Source: Callorhinchus milii
Taxonomy: Eukaryota
Reading direction: 5' to 3'
DNA length: 64,000 bases
Assembly (NCBI RefSeq): GCF_018977255.1
Contig: NW_024704742.1
Coordinates: 76,696,001-76,760,000, forward strand
Shown here: positions 38,601-50,600 of the stretch, one piece after another
Position numbering within the stretch: position 1 is the stretch's first letter
How the letters are laid out: every line of letters begins with the position of its first letter
Position numbers and translations under genes: made by a program
Notes under the pieces: generated by a model
The model's database searches: none
Told to the model about the DNA's origin: nothing
The model's input: only the letters and a program-made list of their open reading frames with translations

Positions 38601-41600
38601 TATTCTGGGCATTTAATCTTCTTTATTTGTTTTTGGCTAATGCGATACATTACATCAAGCCCAGTGTCGGGAATTTGAACTCACAGTGTCGGCTGACACT
38701 CCAGTCCAGTAATGGGGGAGATCGCATCAATGGAAATGCTATCTTTTAGATGACACGTTAAAAACAGGTGAACGTTAAAGATGCCATGGCACTACTCCCA
38801 AGAGAAGGGAGTTTCTCTTAATGTCCTGGCCAACCATCCCCCCAAAATAAAACTTGCCATTCACTTCATAGCTGTTTGTGCGAAATTGCTGTGCGTAAAT
38901 TGGCTGGCACGTTCACCCACAAAATACACACAGTCACACCACTTTACAATACAGTAAATGCCTGGTTTACTTGACACTGGGTATCTGAAATTCGCACCTA
39001 ACTGGGCCCGAAGCCTAAAATTTAAAATCAAATTCCTTGGACCAAAAATTTCCACGGCCCACTCGCACGTAGACTCCCGCCATCCTACTCTTAGCGCATA
39101 CCAACACTACGCTGAACAGCCTCACCATCCTCACTGGCCTTCAGTGCCAGGGATGTCGACTTTGACTCAATTTGAATCCGTGAGCGGAAGGTAGCTTAAC
39201 TGCTCTCTTCTGCTGGCAGGATTTAAACAATTGCAGTACCATTACCAGCATTTACCCGCATTTTGTGGAGTCCTGTAGCTCAGTGGTTAGAGCACTCGCT
39301 TTGCAAGTGAGAGACCTGAGTTCAATTCCAGACAGAGCGGAACCTTGGACAAGTTTCCTTACGCCACACAGAGCCTAATAATAATCCCTCCAAAAAACAA
39401 TAATAAATTGGTCATTTTCAATCTACGACTGTTTGTGGGACATTGCTGTGCGCAATTGGCTGCCGCGTTCGCCCACAAATATACAGTTAATTCACTTTAC
39501 AGTATATTCTGTGAAGCGCTTTGGGATGTCCTCCCGACGTGAAAAGCGCTATATCAAAATGCAAGGATTATTATTATTTAAAAAAATTTAAACTTAGCAG
39601 GAAATTCTGGCTTGCCAGATCAGATTCCCCTCTTCCCCATTAGTCCAGCTAGCTGGGGTTCAAGCGTATTTCTTGTGAAGCGCTTTGAGACATTTCAATG
39701 ACATGAAAAGTGGTTATATCAAATACAAGGGTTATTATTATTAAAGCCCATCTCAGGGCCTTTCTTTACGACCACATTTTTGTCGCCTCCCCCGCTACAC
39801 TCACGCAATCTTCCTCAGTTCCTCCATCCCCTAAGTCAGGATCCTAGTCAATACTTTCAAGTGGTTTGAGACATTCTTCCAATGTGGTAGATGATATACA
39901 AATGTAAAATTATTGTGTTGTTAAAAAGTGATCAGAATTTTGCTCAAATTAACCCATTTTAGTAAAAAAAATTAATAAAATGCAATTTTACTAGAAGTAA
40001 TATTTGGACATACAGAGATATTTCTGTATCAAAATACACAGTCACTACGCTTTACGGTATATTCATTGAAGCACTTTCAGACGTCTCGAAGACGTGAAGC
40101 GCTATATCAAATGCAAGTATTACTATTACATATAGTCTGTGAAGCGCTTTGAGACATCTCGAAGATGTGATAAGGCGCTATATCAAATGCAAGGATTATT
40201 ATTATTATTTCCCGCACAAATGAACAAACAATATAAGGTTCTGTACAGCCCATTTTTACATGCTAGAAGAATTGCAATGGCTGAATTCATTGCTTTTCAC
40301 TTATTTGTTTCATAATAATTTAAAGGCAAATATGCAAATGTTTCAGTCGAAAACTTGATGACAGCTGTAATAAGCAGTTGCACTTCAGGTTGGATAAGAT
40401 ACATGAAGAAATCCAGGATTTCAGAGGTTGAATTGAATTTTCTCATGAAGTGATTAGAGTTGCATCTCCCAAAACAAGTTATTTAAATAAATATTAAATA
40501 AATCAATCTCCTTGCATTTGATACTAACCTGTCATGCCAGGAGGACATCTCAAAGTGCTTCACAGGATTTTAATGTAAAATTGGTAGCTGTATGAATTTT
40601 AGCAAATGTGGCAGCCAATTTGTGCACATCATTGTGGGGATTGCTGTCCAGGTTACCAGGAAACACTACCTTCTCTTCTAAATAGTGCCATGAGATCTTT
40701 AACATTCACATAATCAGACAGGTGGGACCTCAGTCATTTCCAATAATGGAACTCTCCCCAGTGATTGTCAGCCTAGACGATGTGAATTCAAAGTTAACTG
40801 AACCAAGCTGACAACTGACAAATTGCTTTTGATGAGGTCTAATTTAAGATATTTATTAATGGGATTAATTTCATTAGCCAGAAATATGTTACACCGTACT
40901 TATATGAGTCCTATAGCTCAGTGGTTAGAGCACTTGCCTTGCAAGTGAAAGACCTGGGTTCAATTCCCAGCAGGGCAAGTTTCCTTACTCCACATACCTG
41001 ATAATACCTTCAGAAAAAAACAATAATAATTTGGTCAGTCAAATCCACAACTATTTGTGAGACACTGCTGTGCGCAATATACAGTCAATTCACTTTACAG
41101 TATATTCTGTGAAGTGCTTTGAGACGTCTAGAAGATGTAAAAAGTGCTATATCAATGCAAGGATTATTATTATATTACACCAACTCTCGGGAACTGCACT
41201 CTGATATGATGGACTTCTGGAGTGGATATCCAATGGTTACAGAATTCAGAAAATTGGCCTCAGACAACATTGAGTTCTTTGGTGGTGATGTTGCATATTC
41301 TGTGTTGTCTAACAGTGCAGAGTAAATGTATAATTAGAATTTCAACATAATATTTCTTCTTTTAGGCACCACAGTTTTATCTTAAATGCAGCCAGACTTT
41401 TTGCAACAGTTTACAGTGTTCCTTATGAAGAACAGGTAAGATTTAGATATTTATTCAAAGATTTCTTATGTAGCCAATACATGCAGGAAATGTTAATACA
41501 CAACAATAACAAATTGCATTCATATTGTGCCTTTCACATCAGAAGAAAGTCCCAAGGTGAGTAAGCTGCATGCCAGGCAATGATGATCTCAGTGACCCAG

Positions 41601-44600
41601 TTTGGAGCAAAATTTGCTTTGTTCCTTATGGCGTTCCAGGATTATGATTTGTACGGGCATGGGTGATGTTTTAACTGGGAGAGATTTCTTCAAAGGTATG
41701 AAGGCCATAAAGAATGACCATAAATTGTAACCCCTTGTTTCTATACAAGGAATAAGGTTATATCGATCACAGATTGTCCCTAAATGTTGAAAAGTCTCAA
41801 AGTACTCAAAGGAGAGTGAGGGTGGTAGGGAGGGTAAGGGAGTTTGATTCCAAATTCACACTACATAACTGCAATGTATCAGTGCTCAAACTCACTCTGC
41901 ATAATTACTGAATGCACCACTGGCTAACTTCCCCCTCCCTTACTCAAGATCAATGAGACCAATTGTAGCACCTGACTGCTGACATCAGCTTAATGTTCAG
42001 CAGTCAAGCTTTCTGGGCTGTATGGACTAATATTGCAGTTTTATACACTTGGCCATCCTGTAGGACTCCTGTAGTGTATTTGGTTAGAAGCACCCGTCTT
42101 GCAAACGAGAGGACCCAGGTTCGATGCCCAGGCAGGGCGAAACCTTAGGCAAGTTTCCTTACTCCAGGCGCCTCTGTTAACCCAGCAGTAAGTAGGAACA
42201 CAGTTGTTAGTCGATTGGAAGATCACTTTCTGGGGGTAATAATCCCTTCAAATAAATAAAACTAATAATAAATTGTTCCCACTGTATGTGGGACACTGCT
42301 GTGCGCAATGGCTACTGTGTTTTGTCTACAAAACATAATTCACTTCACAGTATATTCTGTGAAGCGTTTTGAGACATCTCAACAACGTTATAAGACGCTG
42401 TATCAAATGCAAGGATTATTATTATCCTGTGAGCTTCCTTGAGAATTGGATAGTTTTGAATGAATCTTATTCACAATGCAATACCCATTAAATAGCCAAC
42501 CAATGCATTAGATGAAATGCTTTCAACAGTTTACATCCCCCTGTGGTGTTCTCTATAACTATTTGCTACCCAGAATTAAATCAATCTGTCACAAAAGCAC
42601 ATGTTTTTCAAAAGCTGTTTTAACAGTTTGAGCAAAAATTCAGTTTGTTGTTTGGAAGAAAAGCAACGAATGGGTGATTTTTTGATAGACTCGTAATTAT
42701 GAACTGTAAACTGGAAAGTATTTATACCACGTACCCAACATTTTTTTTAAAATCTGATTTGTTACAGGACTTGTCCAGGGAAGCTATTTTACAAATACTG
42801 TCCAAGGTCAAGGTTCCAGAATTCACACCATCTGAAAAAGTAAGTAGCTGAGACCCCACTTGACATGTTTGTTGTAAAGAACAAGCTGCATTGTGGAGAC
42901 GAGCAAGTATCTCACTCGACGCTAGTCTGACACAGCTGATCTCTTGGATGTTAACTGTGAACTTTTCTGCTTAAACTATTGTAATGTATGTCTTATTTTT
43001 AAAGCTCCATAAATTCACAAACTTGATCAGAATTGCACACATTGGGGACTAATTCATAGAACGGCTAATTGTGGTCTCTGAAAGTCAACCACTGTAAAAA
43101 TAAAAGCCTCACAGCAAAACAGCCCAATGACCCTTTTACTCAATGGCTTTTTAAAAAAAAACTTTTCTGACTTTCTAAAACCACAATTTGTCCCATTGCA
43201 AATGTTGCAAGTTAGAGAACACAGAACTGCCCAATTTTCCTAATGTTCTTCATCGTGCCACTGAAACTAAAAACCCAAAAGCTACTGGATTTGATTTTCC
43301 TCAATGCATTTCCAGCGCAAGTAGATAGGTAATTTTGCTGCATTTGCTATGCTATTGTAAACCACAGATTAAGAATTTGTACAGAGTCACATTGAATTCA
43401 TAATTAGCTTTCCTGTCTACTTAATACACAGAAGTCCCATTTCAACCATCACTACTTTTAAAACCAGGTAGTATATGATGGTTCAGTGATTATTTTTGAT
43501 CCATATAACGTGGATATATTGCCACTTCATTGTGATTAGTGGTTCAAATACAATACAAAATTACATTTGTAAAGTGCCTTTCACTTCGGGAGGACATCCC
43601 AAGGCACTGAGCAGCCAGGGATTAGGACCCGAGCGGGGTGGGGTGGTATTGGGATCAGGGAGGGTGGAGGGCAAAGAGGGTAGGACGGTGGCCGAAGGCA
43701 CAGTTGAAGGGGAGGGACTTGAGGTGTACCTTGAAGAAGGTGAGGGAGCGAGCGAGGTGAAGGGAATGTGGGATGGAGTTCCAGAGGGTGGGGGCAGAGA
43801 GGCTGAAGGCCCGACCACCGATGGTGGGGTGGGCTGAGCGGGGGACATGGAGCAGGCTGGAGCCTGCTGAGTGGAAGGAGTGGACAGGTTGATAAGGGGT
43901 TAGCCGGTAGGAGGGGCCAAGGCCATGGAGGGCCTTGAAGGTGAGGATGAAAATTTTGAACTTGATCCTCTGAGGGATGGGGAGCCAGTGGAGCCGGGCG
44001 AGGGTGGGGGTAATGGGGTCACGGAGCAGGTGTGAGAGAGGACACAAGCTGCAGAGTTCTTGATAATCTGCAGCTTGTGGAGAGAATAGTTGGGGAGGCC
44101 AACAAGCAGGGCATTGGCATAGTCGAGCCTGGATGTAATGAAGATATATAATGAGGGTTTCAGCGGCCTGAGGGGTGAGGGAGTGGCGGAGTCGGGCGAT
44201 GCTGCGGAGATGGGGGATGCCAGAGCGGGTCATGGCACGGATATGGGGGAGACAGTTGAGGGTTGAATAAGACGCCTAGGTTTCTGACTGGCTTGATGAG
44301 GTGGAGTATGCATCCAGCACTTTTTAATTATGTTTAAAATAGGGATATTTCCAGGCTAAAGTCTGAGCTCCCAGTGTGTTAAGGTGGTGTCTGGGATGAC
44401 TAATTTTTAAAATGTTAGTTAATTTATTTGTCTTGTATATGTATTGTCTTTTATCCAAAGCAATGGATAAAAGACAATACAAATTTACATTTGCATAGTG
44501 CCATTCACGTCTGGAGGACGTCCCAAAGAGTTTAACAATACTGGCTTAGCACCCGAGCTGGGACAATATTGGCTTAGCACCTGATGTGGAAAACTCAAGG

Positions 44601-47600
44601 AAGCAGGAACTACATGTGAACCTACTGTTTTTTTTAGCGACTTTTAACAGTGCTTCAGTGCATCTCAATTATTAACTATCATTACCTTTTTACTTAAACA
44701 AATAAAACTCATGCCACAGATATTTTGAGGAAAGATTTACTAGTTAAAGTTTTCTTCATTACCAAGGAGTTGTCTCTAGCAACATCTACAGGACTTGTAA
44801 GTTGTCAGCTTTTAGCCTTTTCCTCTTTGTGTCCTGTGCTCGTAGTGTTCCTGTGGCCAGTAGAGCTGTTACTTACTGCTTCGGTGCCTGGCTACATTTT
44901 AGTTTAAAATGTACATTTCTTTAGGAGAAGAGTTATTTAGAGACAGGAGGAGAAGCCTAGCAAAAGGATTTTTTGTGTTATGTTCCTGGTTTTCAGTAGA
45001 TGAACATAGAAGCAATAAATTTACCATTTTATATTTTGTGGTACTACAGATCAGATATTATGATTCTAAGTTTGTGCAATTTCAAGCTTCTAGCAAGTAT
45101 GACCACTTTATAATTTTTTAACGGTGTAATTCTCATGATAATAATGATAGTAACACAATTTGTTTTAGTAGCTGCTATCTTATCACAAATGACAGTATAT
45201 CATCTTGCCTTTCTGACGGGTCCGAATGTCACATCTAACCCCTCCCCTTATAATAATAATAATAATCCTTGCATTTGATATAGCGCTTTTCACGTCGGGA
45301 CGACGTCCCAAAGCGCTTCACAGAACACACTGTAAAGTGAATTGACTGTATATTTGTGGGCGAACGCGGCAGCCAATTGCACACAGGGATGTCCCACAAA
45401 CAGTCATAGATTGAAAATGACCAATTTATTATTGTTTTGTTTTGGAGGGATTATTATTAGGCTCTGTGTGGAGTAAGGAAACTTGCCCAAGGTTTCGCCC
45501 TCTGCCTGGAATTGAACTCAGGTCTCTCGCTTGCAAAGCGAGTGCTCTAACCACTGAGCTACAGGACTCCACTTTTATTGTCCATTCATTGTCCATTCCT
45601 GTACCTATAAAGCGCTTTGAGACATCCTACCAGAACATATGCTACATGAATTCAAATTGCTGTTGATAGAGGAGTTAATAGTTGATGAAATTGTCCCAAC
45701 AGTTAAACATACCTTTTTTCAGGAGGATTGTGAAGTGTGTCAGTTCTTTTGAACAGACTGATCCTTTTGGCTAATTGTTTGTTATTTGTTTCTAATGGCA
45801 GTAAAAATGCATGCGTCAGCAATAATGCTTTTTTCCCCATTGTTGACTTTTCAACTTTAACCTTTGTACTCTCCGGAAATGGGGAAGAGAGGCGGGAAAG
45901 ACCAACAATAAAGTGATTTTTAAGACACACACACGCCCCTGAGACAGAAAGAAACAATATATAATAATCCAAACATTCACCTTATTATAGTGAAATAATT
46001 GACAGTATATAGACGAAAATAAACAGCCACTTTGCACAAAGCAATGTCCCACCAAAAGCAGGAAGTCAGCAATAATTTTTTTTATCTGGGGATTGTTGAC
46101 TGGGAAACTCCCTTCTCATTTCGAATAGTGCTCTTTAATATCCACCTGAACAGGGAGTGGAGACTTCAGTTTAACATCTCATTTAAAAGATGGCACCTCC
46201 ATCAGTGCAGTTGTCCCCAGCACTGTTTTGGAGTGTCAGCTTAGACTATGAATTCAAAGTCCTGACGTGGGTTGGAACCCACAACTTTCTAACTCAGCGG
46301 TGAGAGTGCTTCAAACAGAACCAGACTGACACCTTGGCTGAAGTACAGTTCTTACGTAGCCAATAAATATGATTCTGAATGAAATGGGAATTTGTCATTG
46401 CTTATAGTGTAAACATGTGTTTGAGGACGTGTGGCTTAGCTCTACTAACTCTTTCTGTGATCTAACTAGTGATCGAACTAGAATTATTTTGTGCATATTC
46501 AACTGCTTTGCATGGGTGTTCTGTTCAGTGTTTTTGGAAATCGTACTGGCCATAACTTTGGGTTAGCTGTTAGTTTTTACCTAGCTGGAGTAATGTTATT
46601 GGGACCAAACAGCAGCTCCTATTTAAACCTTCGCTGTAGTGTCCAATTTGCCTGGATCAACCTTGTCAATTCTTTTCATAATCTTGAATTGCAATTAGGT
46701 TACTTTAAAGCTTCTTCTTTTTCAAAGAAAACATGCTATTATCTTTTCATTAGTTCTCGAGCAGAATATTGTCAATGTAATGTTCCTCTTAGGCAGCATG
46801 GACCAACTGGTGGTCCGCGGGCCGCAACCAATCTGGCGGGTGATTCTATCCGGCCCAAGATCATTTCCAAAATTCCAACGTCTGCTCCCTCCCTCCCTGG
46901 TGAACGTCCTCCTAGGGCAGCGGCAGGAGCCAGTGGTTGGGAGAATGCAGCGTGAAGAGTGAAAATAATGCCGGCCTTTACTCCTTCCCTCTCCTCTTTG
47001 AAGGCACGTCATGACCTAAAGAGGGAACAGTAATGAATTCCCACCACGGAAGTCCAGAAACAGATGAACAGCAGTCCTTCCGAGAGACACATTTTAGCCC
47101 TCGTCTGTGTTATAATTACACAAGCTTTAAAAAATGTAGTGAGGGAGGAGGGGGAGATGAAAGCTTCCTGTTCAAATTGTGCTTTGTTTTTTTGTTTATA
47201 GCAAATAGTAACGGATGAAAATATAAAGAAATCTGACCAATCAAAATTAATAGTAAGCAGTGAAGAGGAACGAGTAGCCATCGACTTATTGAGCGAAGCC
47301 ATATCCACAGGACTTGCGACCAAAGGTACTTCAGTTTGAGATTTGAAGACTTCTTTACTGTGTGTAAATATGTACCTGTTCACCGCCATAAGTCAGTAAC
47401 TTTACTTGCAAAGGGAGAACACGCCCATAGTTACTTTAAGCATTCCCTCAGCACTGCTCCCATGTCTCAGTGGGCATCTGAAGTTGCGGAGTAGTGCGTA
47501 GTTAATTAACCAGGGTAATCATTTCACTGAGTGAGTTGTTTTCAGCTGGGATAATGGTGGGGTAATGTGTGTTCTCACTGTTCCTGGGCCAGGGAGAGAA

Positions 47601-50600
47601 TCATCCAAAGTTTCCCACTCCCAAAGACTGTCCAACATCTGTGTGTCTTGTCCACATGCTTGACATGTCTTTGTGTCCGTGTGGACACTCGTTGAGGACA
47701 GGTTTGAGTTTCCTGTAATTCCTCTACAACCATAGCCTGGCCATACTCGCTGTCCAGACTTAAGTGTGATCAATGGCCATTCGAGCAAGGTTCTATGGTA
47801 TCTGTACACCAGTCAAAATGATCACTTTCCAGAGAGGAGAAAAATAGCTCTGAGAGGAGAGATGAATGCCATAATTCCATGTTAAATATTTGCACAAGGG
47901 ATTGAATCAATCAATGGATGTTTGCTTTCCCTGTGATAGATCACCTTATTATGATGCCAGTCGCATTCGAGAAAGACGATGATAGGAACGGGCACATAGA
48001 CTTCATCACAGCCGGGTCTAATCTACGTGCAAACATGTACAACATAGAGACAGCGGATAGATTGAAGACTAAGAGGATTGCTGGGAGGATCATTCCCGCC
48101 ATCGCCACAGCTACTGCCGCTGTCTCAGGACTGGTAGGAACTTTCACTATTCTTCATGCTCCCAGTTTCCATATGACACAAAATGTGTTTTGTTGTGTTT
48201 AAAGCCAAATTGTAAGCTCTGTTTTATTTTTTCTCTGACATATAATGACTTTGTGAACCAAAGATAAAAGCAAATTGAAAACTATCATCGCAACTTAGTT
48301 GAACGCCACGGAAATGCCCAACACAGTTTCTACAGTAAACCCTGGCTTAACTTGTCACTACCACTTAAGTCATCATGATGTCAATATCCTGGCCATATTT
48401 ATTTATGTATTTATACATATGCCTAACGTGGTACGCTGGATAACTCATCACTTATCCCTTTCCCTTGGAGCGACAAGTTATCAGGACTTTACTGAAGTTC
48501 CCTAAAGTTCCAATCTTTCCATTATGTCAAAGAAGGCACCGAGCAAGAGATCCATTTCTGATCATAGTTCCAGAAGATCAGTTGTCCAGATAACTGCAAA
48601 ATCTTACGTTTACTAATCTAATATGGAATATTGTTTCCCTGTTCCCCCAGTGATCAGGCTCTTTAGTCATATACTGCTGATGCTGCACTTTCATACGTTC
48701 TACTTTGCTTGCCAGGTTGCCCTGGAGCTAATCAAGGTTGCTGGAGGCCATCCGTTTGAAGCCTACAGAAACTGTTTCTTTAACCTTGCTATTCCTGTTA
48801 TTGTGTTCACTGAACCAGCCGAAGTAAAAAAGACTCAAGTAAGGTAAAGAAAAATAAAATTTGTGTTCGCAATCTTTCCTCACATTACATATAAATTGCT
48901 GGCACCTTCAAACATATCATTTGTTTCCTTCCAAACACGAGTGCGCCAGACATTCAAGGGCATTAGAGCTTCAATTAATTTCCACCTGACTTTATAATGA
49001 GGCAACAGATTGTTGCAAAGTGTCTCAACAACAACAACAAATTGCATTTATATTGTGCCTTTTACGTCGGGAAGACGTCACTAGCATTGATGATGATGGC
49101 AAAGACAGCTGATCATCGGCAGGAATTTTAAGGGCAGACCAGTCAATAGGACCTGGAATTCTTCCCATTCAGCTCCTATTAACCCTGCAACCCAAAGCCT
49201 TAATGGGTAGGGTGGTCCTAGCTCGATAAACAACAGGAAAGCTTGCCAGACAGTGCTCTCAATGGCAAACTATGCGGTTTTGTCTGGTTAGACTTCAGCA
49301 GTTCCCCAACGCACATTCTGTGGTCCCCAAGCCTTAGCTCTTGCCAACCTGTGCCTGTTACTCTCCAGGATTAGGTGAGCAGGATGTGTCCCTCGAGGGA
49401 GAGCGCGCACATTCTATTCCAATAAATATCTCTGGGATTTCCAGGTGTAGGTGAGATACCTGGAACTTTGTTTGGTTTGGATACATGTTGATGGGTTTCC
49501 ATATTTATCGTACACCTGGCTTACCCAACAAAAGATTACTTCCTCTGTTAAATAGGTAACAAGGGGCCACAATTTTAGGATCACTGCTGAAAGCAAAAGG
49601 GGAGTTAAGGAAAAATGTTTTCATGCAGACGATTATCAGAATATGGAATAATTTTCCACACGTACCTATTGAGTTTGAGATCATAAGAACATTTAAAGGA
49701 GAATTGGAAACAATTTGAAGAGTAACAAAATTTAAGAAGGGAACAGCAATTGGGAATAGAGTATTTTGCTCCAGTACAGGAGTTGGTACTACCACAATGG
49801 GTCTGTGTTACTTTACCTTTGATTCAATGACTGAGCTGCCTATCTCTACTATGGGCTGAAATTTCATTAGGTTTTCATGGAAAAGACAATCATTTTAAAC
49901 TGTACAAACCATCAAATGGAGCAAATTTAACACAAATTGCTACAAAAGCAGGTGGTCGAAAACTAGTTTGCTGATAATGAATACTTTTGTTTTTGGAACA
50001 GGAATGAGATCTCATTTACAATCTGGGATAGGTGGACTATTTACGGAAGGGAAGATTTCACATTACTAGATTTCATAAAGGCTGTAAAAGTAAGAGATTT
50101 GTACATTATTTTATGAATATGTTACCTTTATTATTTTACCTGTAATCACTCATATCCCGGTGTTAATCTGAGGGAGCGATCCCACATTTCAGTATTTCTG
50201 TGTATTTATATTGTCAGCCATTGAAGTGGGCAGAGTTAGCATAACCTTAATACTGTGTTCATTGGTTACACTTTCCATTTTTCTGAATCCTGAATAAATA
50301 ATTCGGATACAACAAGGTTGTAAGATATAATAAAGTGAAGCAGCTTTGGGGAAACAGACCTCCAGTTGTGTTGTCACTGGGGGAGTCATTCTCTGCACGC
50401 ATTGTTTTTTCTGGCAACAGTGCCATTCTCTTGCTTAGCAACATTCAGTAGTATCTGCAAAGTGGCATTAAACCATATTTATCACATTGGTACAAATAGA
50501 CAATGGTCACTGAACCACTTCCAGCATTACTTATTGCACTTTACTAATAACTGAATAGAATCCTAGTATTTTACAGCAGAGAGCGAGGTGGTGTCTGCTA

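Noticed and set aside
39267..39345. tRNA-Ala(TGC)-like cloverleaf, also at the other SINE heads
   Set aside because: Always fused to the SINE core and L2-like tail, with an imperfect acceptor stem and variation between copies; a SINE head, not a tRNA gene
46491..46955. 154-aa plus-strand intronic ORF
   Set aside because: GTG start, runs from AT-rich intron into a transposon-like fragment, no recognisable homology
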